Below, piece after piece: positions 51,893-63,510 of a stretch of DNA of 64,000 nucleotides. Origin of the DNA: Cetorhinus maximus (Eukaryota). A program made the translations under genes and the position numbers. Every line of letters starts with the position of its first letter. Position 1 is the stretch's first letter. The notes under the pieces are model-generated. The model had not been told where the DNA came from. It made no database searches and was given only the letters and a program-made list of their open reading frames with translations. The stretch covers positions 27,590,001 through 27,654,000 of the forward strand of contig NC_135902.1 in NCBI RefSeq assembly GCF_964194155.1. Direction: 5' to 3'.

Positions 51893-52241
51893 TGTAGAGT
51901 AAAGGGTTAACACCAAAAGCTGCTGATGGAACAATAATGCAATGTCACATGACCAAGTAACAGCGATCTGGAGGGAAGGAGAAGTACAACCTTGTGTAGG
52001 GTTACTGAGATGTACATAGAGCTGTAAATAAATAATAATGGTTTTACACACTACAGTCTTTCGTAGCTTTCTTAGGGAAACAGTCAAACCCTGAAGAACC
52101 CCATCTAGACTCCAAACACAAGACGAGTTCTGTTGAAGGGTCATGAGGACTAGAAATGTCAACTGCACTCTTCTCCGCCGATGCTGCCAGACCTGCTGAG
52201 TTTTTCCAGGTATTTTTTATTTTTTGTTACAAGACGAAACA
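51893..52241 (+). repeat. Gypsy 3' LTR, interrupted near its end by a Penelope-type fragment
   Basis: Homologous to 45741-45965; ends acaagacgaaaca at 52241. Confidence 0.85.
52126..52228 (+). mobile_element. Penelope-type terminal fragment with a hammerhead-like motif and a 9-bp TSD
   Basis: ACAAGACGA at 52118-52126 and 52229-52237. The insert matches the reverse complement of 63511-63610. Confidence 0.85.
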
Positions 52242-53434
52242 GTTGCACTGTTAACTTGAGGAAAAATTTTGGACCATAATGTTCTAACTGTTTGAGAGGC
52301 ACCTGAATCCCTTTATTTATGTGAATGTGCAAGAGAACTGAGAACAACAGGACAAAGTTTACTTAAAGGAGGGAAGGACTTCATCGTTATTCATGCATGA
52401 TTGATGATTCTTTCTTGGGCAAAGTAAAGGTAAAGGAAGTGGACCAAAGGCAGATAAACAGAGATATGATATAGATCAATCATGCCCTGATTAAATAGTG
52501 GCACAGACTCAACGAGGCTGAATGACTTACTTATTTCCTGTGCAAAGAAGTGGGGTTAGGGTTCTGAATAAAATGCCGCTTATTCTGACATGTAAGCTGT
52601 GTCTTTGGCTGGGAACAAGTACTGTTGTAGGGATATTTGGTGAAAAAAGAAAGACTGCCTTTGGGAGTTGTATTTTGGCTGTTGTACCTGTACTATTGAA
52701 GTCCAGTCACCGCACCATCATCATATTGGCACAGTCATTAGCAACCATTCACCAGATTGTACTTAACACTGAAATGGTAACAACTGCAATATTAAAACAG
52801 ATTTGACATCAAAATAACAACAGTGTAATCATAGTAACAATCTATGAGGAATATTGTAAGGTTCAGTGGAGAGCAGCTGTTATTTATAAAGTTCATTGTA
52901 AGATTGAAAATATGACAACTTCATTATAATAAGAATGAAGAGCAGTGTTGTATGAGATTAGCAAGTAATTTATTTATTGGGCAGATTCTATTAGTAGTGC
53001 TGTTTCCTGTGTGATGCAGCTGATTTCATTAACTATTATTTATGTGATGAGATGTCTGAGGCAAAGAAGAGTTGGAACACTGGTTAAAAGGGAAGGCAGT
53101 TGTAAAATGCAGAACTTTAAAAGCAATTTTTTTTTTTAATTACAAAGAATATGGTCCTAATAATAACTGTGAGGTGGGAAGGGAAACCCAAAGGTTCAGA
53201 TTTCCTATAGGCTCTTCTGAATTTAACAGCAGGACTTGATTGAAAATTTTCAAATTGTTCTCCCCACAACCCCCACCACTTCCCACAAGACTGAGGGACT
53301 GGCTGGTTGTCAGACAGATTGGCAGCTGAGGAGTGGAGTGGAGTTGAGTCAGACATGGGGAGAAATGGAGTTGGACATCAGTGATCAGTGGGGGAGGAGC
53401 ATAAATCAGAGGTCGGGCGCGGCATTGGACATTA

Positions 53435-53615
53435 GAGGTCAAGGGGAGTTGGAGACTGGAGGTCAAGGGGAGTTGGAGACTGGGGGTCAAGGGGAGTTGG
53501 AGTCTGGAGGCCAAGGGGAGTTGGAGACTGGAGGTCAAGGGGAGTTGGAGTCTGGAGGCCAAGGGGAGTTGGAGACTGGAGGTCAAGGGGAGTTGGAGAC
53601 TGGAGTTCAAGGGGA
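53435..53615 (+). repeat. 24-bp minisatellite, about 7.5 copies
   Basis: Unit gaggtcaaggggagttggagactg; gives the spurious GGQGELET repeat ORF. Confidence 0.95.
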
Positions 53616-53799
53616 TGAAGTTGGACATTGGAATTTGGAGGGGATATTGAAAATTGGAGTTGGGCAGCTCATCATGGTCAGGAAGGGAGTCAGGCATCAG
53701 AGGTGGAGGGAAAGGGGATAGTTAGACATAAATTGCAGCTTAGGAGTTGAACATCAAAGGTCAAGAGGTGAGTCCAACACTGGGCATGTTGAACATCAG

Positions 53800-54040
53800 G
53801 AAACTGATTAAGAGAATTTTAAAATTGAGGCATTGTCAGGCCAGAAGCTGTCAGTGAACGGGATTTGGTGATAGTTAGGATATGGGCAGCAAGGTTTAGG
53901 ATAAACTCACGTTTATGTAAGGTGGAAGATGCAAGGTCGACCAGAAGAGTGTTGGAATGGTCAAGTCTAGAGGTAACAAAGACGTGAATGAGGGCTTCAG
54001 CACCAGAGGAGCTGAAACAGGAGTGGAGTAAGGTAATGTT
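53800..54040 (-). mobile_element. L2 LINE fragment
   Basis: ggaatggtcaagtctagaggtaacaaagacgtgaatgagggcttcag is the reverse complement of EALIHVFVTSRLDHS. Confidence 0.7.
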
Positions 54041-55104
54041 AGGCCTTAACGGGACCCGATTCTGTGATCAGGTAGGTCACGTCGTGAGGTGGTTTACAGC
54101 ATGCTTGGGTGGGCTGGGGCGTATCATTCCTGCTGCTCTTGGCCCATAAGCAACACTAGAACGGCATTTACTTCCACCATCTAGCTACTCTCCCCTCTCT
54201 TCAGCAGGAGGGTTTCCTGAGGCCCAGTAAGCCCGGGCCAGAGGAATTAAATGTGAAACAAATGTTGAATTGGAGGCAAGCAGGCTCATTAAAATATTTT
54301 AAGGACTGATTCACATCCCTATGGCAGATTGGTCACTTTCCCCTTTAACCCGCTGCTATTAAAACTGGAAGTGGTAGTATTGGAAGAGGGTTGTGCTCAA
54401 TTTTTCTTTATTTTGAGTTCCCTATCCACCTGCCCATCCCACCCCCACCCCCCTCACCCACCCATCCTTAAGCTTCTCCCTATATCACTGAGCCGTCCGC
54501 ATCCAACATATTCATACCAGGTCAATTCTTCCATCATAGGATTCTTGCTCTCATTTTCAGGGCCCTGGGCATAATATGTAGGAGCATTGGAGACCAAATT
54601 TACAGTTCTTATCTAGTTCCAATACTGAGGAGGCAAATAAAATATCTTTATAACAATATGGTGCTTCTTTAGTGGGCTGCCTATTTGGACTTTAATCTAA
54701 TTGGAAACGGAGCCAACTCTTCCTTGGCATCTTGATTTGCCAACATTGCTAGGATTGAAGGTCTTGTGGAAGAATGCCCTCCATCCTAAGATTGTGATAA
54801 GGACATGTTGTGTCTCTGATCCTCAATTAATATATTTGTTCAAAGTAATTTCCCTACGTAAAGCAATAGTGTGTGCAGAAGCTGTATTGCTCAGGGTGAA
54901 ACAGAGGTTAGTTAAAAGGCGTGCTGCTAGGATATGGAAGTGAGGAAGAGGTGTATATACTGAAAGAGCTTGAAAGAAGTTTGTAAGATGGACAGTGTAG
55001 CAGCAAAAGAAATGTTTTAAATTAATATCTGGGAAATAAATAATTATTCTTACTAACAGCTGACCTGACCTGTGTATTCAAAAACTGACTCATTGTCTAG
55101 CAGA

Positions 55105-55757
55105 GATTAAAGGATATGGCATGCTTGCCTTCATCGGCAGGGGTATTGAGTATAAAAGCTGGGAAGTCATGTTGCAGCTGTATAGAACCCTGTTTAGGCC
55201 ACACTTGGAATATTGCGTGCAATTCTGGTCGCCACATTACCAGAAGGATATGGAGGCATTGGAGAGGGCGCAGAGGAGGTTTACCAGGATGCTGCCTGGT
55301 CTGGAGGTTATAGCTATGAGGAGAGGTTGGAGAAACTCGGATTGTTCTCACTAGAGCGATGGAGATTGAGGAGCGACTTGATAGAAGTTTACAAAATTAT
55401 GAGTGGCATGGACAGAGTAGATAGTCAGAAGCTTTTTCCCAGGGTGGAAGAGTCAATTACTAGGGGACATAGATTTAAGGTGAGAGGAGAGAACTTTAGA
55501 GGAGATGTGCGGGGAAAGTTTTTTACGCAGAGGATAGTGAGTGTCTGGAATTCACTGCCAGAGGAGGTGGTGGAAGTAGGTACGATAGTGGTGTTTAAGA
55601 GGCAGCTTGACAAATACATGAATAGGATGGGAATAGAGGGATACGGACCCCGGAAGTGCAAAATGTTTTAGTTTGACAGACAATATGATCGGTGCAGGCT
55701 TGGAGGGCCGAAGGGCCTGTTCCTGTGCTGTACTTTTCTTTGTTCTTTGTTCTTTGA
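55105..55757 (+). mobile_element. CR1 LINE 3' fragment with tail
   Basis: MLAFIGRGIEYKS...RPHLEYCVQFWSPHY; YSYEERLEKLGLFSLE...TRGHRFKV...FFTQRIVSVWNSLP; tail (tctttgt)n. Confidence 0.92.
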
Positions 55758-58700
55758 TATATCCCAGATGAAAAGATCTCAATTACCCATATCCTGCAGA
55801 TGATCAGAAGACATCCCTGAATTGAATGGATCTTTTTGGAAACAAAGGCAGTGATTGTCTTAACGGCCTCAGGATGAAAATCGTCAAGCAATAAACCAGC
55901 ATGTGGCTGATCAACCCAAGACTGGCACCCTGGAAAAGGAACTGTGGGTAGCCACATGGTAGAGCAGCCATGTTTGTCTCCTTTTAATCCTTAAATGCTG
56001 TCTACAGACAGAGAGACAGGGCTGAAGGGACAATAACATTTTGAACCAAAATCTGTAACATCGTAAGGACTCCAAGCCAGTTCCTTTGGGTTCATCGAAA
56101 CAGCAAACTGACCTCCTGGTAATGAGACTACATGCAACTAACTTTGTGACCTGCAGAAAGGAAATTTCGAGGAAATCCTGAAAACAACATCAGCATTTGT
56201 CATTGGCTGTTGAATTCACCCAAACTACATTTCAGGAGTGAACACATCTTTCACCAGGCCTACAATGCATGCTTTCCAGCACAAGACAATCACATGAATT
56301 GTGAACTAATCTTTTGTTTAAATATTAGTAAAAGTGCACTATTCTCTTCAATGGTACTTTCCTTGAGTGTGTTTGTGTACGTGCTTATGTGAGTGAATGC
56401 TGCAGTGTTAGATTTCTGGGTGAAAATAAGGAATCATCTTTCTTTCGTGAAACCCACAAAAATCTTGCAGCTGGTTATTCATATTGCCCATACACTCAGG
56501 GGTTAAAAATCAGGATGCCAACTCTGGGGGAAAAAATAAAGAACATATGGGGGGTGCAGGGGGTGGGGGAAAGTGCCATCTAAACCAGAGTGGGAGAAGA
56601 AAGGGCTGCTGGTAGAACCACAAGGCTGAACATCCCAGGCCACCCTCCTTATCAGGCCTGCCCAGAGCACTCCTCCCACCCTTCTACAACTGCCCTGACA
56701 CCCTCATGCCTGCCCGCCCTACCCTCCCCCTTATATTTGCCAGGAACCCCCCCCTCCCCATCAGGCCTGCCAGCACCTCCTGCCCCCTCAGGCCTGCCTG
56801 CACCCCCACCCTTCCCCCTCACTCCTGCCTGCAACCCACTCTTGCTTAGATCTGCATGGACCCCTCCCTCTTACACCTGTACTCACCTCCCCTCACCCTT
56901 AGACCTGCCCACAAGCCCACACCCCCTCAGGCTTGCCCACACGCCCCCATCCCCTCAAGCCTACCAGCAACCCTCACCCCCTCGTGCCTGCCCAAGTCCC
57001 GCCAGCCACCACCCCTCGCACCCAGTGAGGCCTGCCATAACCCCCCTGGACCTTTGCTGGACCTGACCCCTCCCCCAGGATTCGGGCCTCAGAGTGCTGT
57101 CACTGCAGCCAGGCCCGACTTTTGGAATGGAAACTACCCCCCCACCCTCTCCGGGTTTGGCCTGAGTGCAGCTGCTGCCGCTGCCATCAGGCCCCACCCC
57201 CTGATCCCACCATCAGACCTCCCCTAGGACTCCCCCAACCCCAAACACCTGCCGAAGCTGGGCATCTTTGAGAGGAGAGTGCCAGCCAGTGCTGCTGCTC
57301 TCACATGGCCGAGTGCCTGCTTTTGCACACTGTGCTGGCCCAGGACTGCTTATGCGCAGCAGCGCAGTGCACATGCTCAGGCACTCTGAGCAGTCTCCAT
57401 GGGGGAATCCAGGACCAATGGTGTCCCAGGAAGCCCATTCCTGGGACGCGGGACATCAAGCCAAATTCCGAGACAAACACGGAAAACCCAGGATGGTTGG
57501 GTCACGATCTTCCCCTCAGAAATTCACCGATTACAGACAGCAGCAGGGACCGGGGATAAGGATCTCAGCAGTTATCTCTCACCCTGTCCGGAACATAACT
57601 GTACAAAAGCAGGTGAAATGTGAAAGCTCATGTGACTACAGCTCCAAATGAGAAGGTTTTTGAAGATCTGTTGTGCATTATTGTTTCACCGCTGGTTGGA
57701 GTGTTGCTCACTCCATCTTCTTTCTCCGTGTGGAATTTACTGGGATAGTAGTTAATATTTACAAGCCAGACAGAGAATATATTACATGGAGCTGTGGGAT
57801 ATGAATCATATCTCATAAATCTTCATCATTATGCCTTACTTTAAAAATGAATTAGTAAAGAGGCAAAAAAAAAACAAGGTTTAACAGAGGCATCATACTC
57901 CTTTGTGAGTTTGTTTCAATGCAACTGGAAGGAGCATGAGTGTTAATTAAACTATCTCTGTGTGATAAGTGTAGACTGTACGTGGATCTCTCTCCAGATG
58001 AATCTTCAAAGGAAAAGTAGTTCCAGTAACTAGAATGTGGGGTGAGGCTATCTATATTTCATGGAAGTAATACCATGTAGAATATAAATTATATAGAGAC
58101 AATAACAAATGTGAAACTATTACCTGTCAAGAGTGCATTTATTAAAAAAAAAACATACCGTCTTTCTGGAGGATTGGATAACTCAGAACTCATGTTCTTT
58201 ATATAATTCATACAGCAGAATTACATTTGTTCTTGTGCATAAAATATAACGACGGCCCACCTAACAGGTTAAGATTGACCCAGAGGCTTGGTTCTCAGCA
58301 TAGCAATTTAAGTTTGCTGTAGTCGATGCACATTTGCTTCTATTAGAGATCCTGGCCTAGAAATTGGATCACAGACAATATCACAGCAGCATGACCACTG
58401 GAGATTTATCTGCAGGGCTTATTTGTATATTACTGGTACCTTGCCAGTCATGGTGGGATAGCAAACTTGGTCAGCTGGAGACACTGAATGAGGTGAGCAG
58501 ATCATTAACAGGGAGGATATGGGTGGGCACTGACCAGCAGAGGCCTCTGGTTTTTATGTGGTCTCAGGAGGAGCATTGCTGCAGGTAAGTGTAAAATGTT
58601 ATATTTACCTTTTAAGCAGCAGCCTCCAACTGTCCCTTTAGAGACTTTTGGGGATCATCTTATTTGCCTGTCATGCATCCTAGATAACTGAGTCACAATC

Positions 58701-59660
58701 CGATTTGGCAAAGGGGTTGAAACAGGTGTGAGATCCCTGATTTACGAAGGCAATAAGCCAACCTATTTCAGACGAACACCCTGGACAACTCCCTGGTGTC
58801 CTGGTCAATATTGTGTGCGGTGCACTTCCGATGTTACTGGCAGGGCTACGGAGCCCAATTTGGTAGCTGATGTTAATCGTCTTTGACTTTTATTTACCTC
58901 ACGTTGGATACAGACGTCACTCTTCATTGATCATTTAATTAGCAACATTTAGATATATAGAGGATGATGCAGATCACCAGCAGTGTATACTGTACAATTT
59001 TTCCCTGCCCACTAAACTATATTAATGCTTTGACTTACCTTACTTAGTGTCGTATCTGACAACATCAGTGGTGTTAAGATTAACAACATGCTGATTTTAT
59101 TAACAGGCATTTATGATCTTTAAATATGTGTAATCATATCTTATCTAGTCAATAATTGAAGAACATACAATCTTGTAAAAATAACTATTGTAACCTAATC
59201 TAAACAATAGTCTAGTCTGGTTTGACAGGCAACTAGCCTATGACATATTCAATGTAGGTAGTTCATTTCATTAAAGGCAATGTTTAAATTATTTAGAATA
59301 GAAAAGTTAATAAAGTAGTATGAAAAGTAATAGGCTATCCAGTTTCTCCAGCTTGTCTCATCATTTATTAGGCCTTTGGGAAAGAAAGAATGTAGCTTAC
59401 ATTTCAGAACTTTTACTCACAAAGTTTGATCATATATTCCTATTTTCTTCTGTATTTTTTTTGAATATAACAAATATTGTAATTCAATGTTTACTGTGCT
59501 TCATGTTAGTTTATGAAATGGCTTGCCATGAGGCACAGCTAACGTTGAAGTGCTATCATTATTGCAATGTAGGGAATTGCAGCAACCATTCTGGCCTCAT
59601 GAACAATAACAATATATACGTTTTGGTGGTGCTAATTGAAAGAAAGATGTTGATCACAAA

Positions 59661-59818
59661 AATTGCTGAAAATACTTAGCAGATCAGGCAGCATCTGTGG
59701 AGAGGAACAGTTTAATGTTAGCTCTGTTTCTGTCCACAAATGCTGCCTGACCTAAAGAGCGTTTCCAGCAATTTTGTTTTATTTCAGATTTCCAGCACCT
59801 GCGGTAATTTGTTTTTTG
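59661..59818. mobile_element. Fold-back (inverted) Penelope-type terminus
   Basis: Arms aattgctg...tcaggcagcatctgtggag..aacag and ctgtttctgtccacaaatgctgcctga...cagcaatt, centred on aatgtt (59714-59719). Confidence 0.75.
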
Positions 59819-59829
59819 TATGAAGATCG

Positions 59830-59975
59830 ACTGGGCCAGTGCTCTTCAAATGGTGCAGTGGGATCGTTTAAATCCACCTAAGGCGGCAGATAGGACTCTG
59901 GTTTAATACCTCATCGGGAAAATGGCAGCTCCAACAGTGCAGCACACCCTCAACGCTGAACTGGTATTAATTTAG
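59830..59975 (-). mobile_element. Deu-domain SINE fragment
   Basis: The minus strand reads gagggtgtgctgcactgttggagctgccattttcccgatgaggtattaaaccagagtcctatctgcc, a Deu-core-like sequence. Confidence 0.7.
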
Positions 59976-59980
59976 ACTAT

Positions 59981-60690
59981 GGGCTGAATTTTACGTGCTC
60001 CCAGTAGGCGTGTTTCCTACGATGGAGGGGAGTACATAAAATGGGGTATGTGTACATCCCATCACCTTCCCGCCCATCCCCAAGCTCACCCCATAACACA
60101 GGAGGCGGGCAGGCGGTGAAATCGGCAGCCTGCCCGCCATATTTAAATCAACAGTTAAGGGTCAAATAGCCTTGTTATCAAGCCAATTGGCCCTGATAAC
60201 ATGCTGCCCACACCATAATACGTTTGGCGTGTGCAGCAGGGCAGAGGCAGGGAGCCCAATCTTTAACCTGAAATGGTTAAAGGGTGGGAAGAGGGTGGTG
60301 GGTGGTGTTTCTCATCAGAGGCTGCCTTTTGTCAATCATGGGTAGCCCCCCTTACACCCCCTTTCTTCATACCGGCTCCCTCCCTTAAACCCAGCCCCTC
60401 CCCATCCCATTGCCTCTCCCCCTAACCTCCCCTAGCCCTCCCGGGCTAAGACCCCGGACTTACCTGTTCCAGGGATCCTAGGCCTTGGTCTCCACTCCTC
60501 ACCTGCAGTCCCAGCAACTACCACTGACGCCTCCCTGGCACTGCTAGCCAACCCGACTGGCTGGCACGTCCAGAAGGCAGGATTTCTGCCCCAATGAAGG
60601 CCCCATGTGCTCAAGTTTCAGGAGTGGGTCTTGAACCTGCAACTTTCCGACTTAGGGGCAAGGGTCCTACCACGGAGCCAAGTCTGACAC
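59981..60690. mobile_element. Harbinger-type MITE, diverged
   Basis: Left TIR GGGCTGAATTTT after TAT; internal gcccgccatatttaaat; right end degenerate. Confidence 0.6.
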
Positions 60691-61351
60691 CATTTGTAAT
60701 TTAATACTAATTAAAATGTCTGTGATGCGATTATTGTTAAAATCTGCTTAGTCAACATCATATCAATTAACTTTACATGTTTCTTTATTTCACAAATAAA
60801 GAGGTTTAGCTACAAGATCCCAGAACCAGATTTGGTTGTCTGCTATAAAATTCAAATTGCTGTTTGATAAATAGGCAGCTCTCCTCACTAAAGTTCTCCT
60901 GGTTTCTGGTAACAATGTAAAACTTCGTAAATTTGGCAACAAAACTATGTGATAAATCATTGTTAACTAATGTATTACTGATGCAGAATTTTGTGGTTCA
61001 TGAATTATGGTCTGGCTCGTATGTGGAACAAATATCATCTTCATTATCACCTTCAACACCTTCCAAAAGCTTTTATTTCTGGATAAATCTGGCCTCGTTT
61101 ACTGACTTTCTTTATTTTTTAAGCCCCGGTCACCTTGATCTGTTTACCTGCCACAGCTGAGTGGGCGAGCGGCCTGCTCTCATGCTTTTACCCGTGCCAT
61201 GTTAAATCAGCTGTAAGGAGGTAATGGGAGGCGTCTAGTTTCCTTCTGTTTAGCATTCTTCTCCGTGGGGAAACATTTGGGGCAGGACTTTCCTTCAGGC
61301 ATCTGAACCCAACGATCAGGTTTAAATGGAGGTCAGAAGTTCGCACTGTGT

Positions 61352-62654
61352 TGTTATGATCCCAGCTGAGATTACCCCTGGACAAGCCTGATCCCAGAGT
61401 GGAACCCAGCTTGATAGATCTTAACTGTTAAATTGTTTAAATACGTGGCGAGTAGCTACTGAACAGTCACAGGAGTCAGCTGATGAACTTTTAACAAAAG
61501 AATAAAACATTTATTAAACAAGAAAATATGAACGATATTACAATACTACTTCACCCACAACTATATCTTTACAGATATATACAGATTTATAAGGATAACA
61601 CAAGTTACAAAAGCTATCTTATACTTTAATGTTCACAGTAAGTACACAGTCCATGTAAACCAATAGGTACCTTGTGGTCAGGCACACCACACTCTGAAGC
61701 CAAATGACAGATGCCTCCTCAACCAAATGCTGTAGATCTCTCCATAGCTCCCCCCCGGACGCTTGTCACATCATGAGCCAACCAGTCTCATTGCACTCCA
61801 TCTTTCTAATGAGGGTTTTCAACCTTCATTCTCCAAGAACTCGCTTTGGGATCTTCTCCCACACCGACGCTTTCTCTCAGGCTCTGTCCACAAGAGTTCA
61901 CCTCCAGGGTTTTGAACTCTCCGCTTCCCTGAGTCACTACATGCATTCAAGCTGACTTCCTAGCACTCTATCTCACCAACTCAGCTGTTAACCAGTACAC
62001 CATTGCTTCACGTGCCCATAGCAAAGAGTTATAGACCTTCAGTTGTCTCTTTTGACCTTCTTGCCTCTTACGAGCTGTTCCTTCTTTAAATCTGCTTTCT
62101 GTAGCTTTTATCTCTTTAAATCTGAAGCTTGGAGCTTTTCTTTCTGTCACTCACTCTTAATTTCACTTAACAGGGCCTTTTCCAAGTTCCTGCCTTTCCC
62201 TTGACTAGAAGGTCTGCTTGAGACTTTCTCCTGTTCCACACCACTGGATTCTGGGGTCTGTTCTTTAGCTTGGGACTTGCTATATGTCCATTTTGTTCCA
62301 GTATCTCCTGGAAGCTACTTGCAAAACCAAATGAACTCAAACAGCTTCCAAAATCAAACTGCTGTTTCTCTTCTTCTACGTGAATGTCTGTGGGAGGGAC
62401 CTGCCTCTCTGGACCCCTGTTGCTAGGCAACTGCATTTTTTTTTTCTACTCCTGTTTGCTTAGCTTAGCTTACAGATGTAAATCTCTCATTGGAAATGCA
62501 GGCACCTTTTTAAAGTGAAACTAAAACTCAATTTGACCTTTTCTTAACACACAAATCCAGAAATACAAATCAAACTTAAGCTTTAAAGCTAAAACTCATT
62601 CATAACACCCACAAATACCAATATAACTTCATTAAATTATCTCATTTCCTAACA
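61352..62654. mobile_element. Solo LTR, about 1.3 kb
   Basis: Termini TGTTA...TAACA with perfect 4-bp TSD GTGT (61348-61351, 62655-62658). Confidence 0.8.
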
Positions 62655-63510
62655 GTGTGAGAAAAATCACAATGTGATATTCTCCAGACTGGCCAATTAA
62701 TGGTCAGAGGGTGGGCTCGTCATTCAATTAAGGACAGTGGGTGGTCTTTCAAAGCTGGAGGGCCAATCAGGATGCCTTGGCAGGTAAGTGAGGGAGAGGA
62801 TACTTCAAAGTGGAGGCATCCTGTCCCCAAATTTTAAATTTAAAAGAAAAAATGACCTTTACAGCTGGGCTACCACAGGATTGAACCCCTCCACAGGATG
62901 GCCTGTAGCTGCTGCAGCACACAGGCAGCAGGCAGGGAAGGCCTTTGGGTTTGCCTGGAGTGCTAACCCCCCACCCCTGCCCCCCACAACCCCTTACCCC
63001 CACTTTGCCACCAGGAGTTCACCTTCAGCCAGCTAAATTGCATCCCCACCATTTCCAGGAACCTGGAGACTGATTGGAAAATCTAAGTCAGCCTCCATTA
63101 GTAGGCCTTGATAGGCTTTTAATTAGGACAGCTGGCCACCCGCTGCTTGAAGGCCTCTGGGAGAATTGCCATGTTAAACTCGCTCTAAGGAGGTCATGGG
63201 AGATTCCTAGGCACAAATTTCCACACCTGCCTGCTCACTACCATTCCTGGCTTGGGTATGGATGATAAATCAAACCCTTCGTCGTCAGTCAGTATCTCAC
63301 AATGACAAAACAACTAAAGCAAATGAGGAGAATAAATGATTAACCTAGGTCATTTAAAATGATATCTTGCAGGGTAATTGTCTGGCAGTGATGGGAAAAG
63401 AAACTTTGTTTGCCATTGTTTTTATTGGTTAAAATTACAACACACTTCTATCAACAATGTTGCCAATCTATGTGCACATTATCATTTTTACTTCACATTC
63501 AAGACCCAAT

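Larger units (their letters stand above)
45741..52241 (+). mobile_element. Ty3/Gypsy LTR retrotransposon, degenerate, protease and RT apparently deleted, with nested insertions
   Basis: 5' LTR 45741-45965 (TGT...AACA); 3' LTR 51893-52241; polypurine tract ttgggggaga before it; flanks GCTGC/GTTGC; gag, zinc knuckle, RNase H and integrase remnants in Gypsy order. Confidence 0.9.

Noticed and set aside
53140-53721. Repeat-peptide ORFs on both strands (GGQGELET / SLQLPLTS)
   Set aside because: Artefact of the 24-bp minisatellite.
54560-56600. Possible LTR-like sequence around the CR1 fragment
   Set aside because: Could not define TG...CA termini or a TSD.
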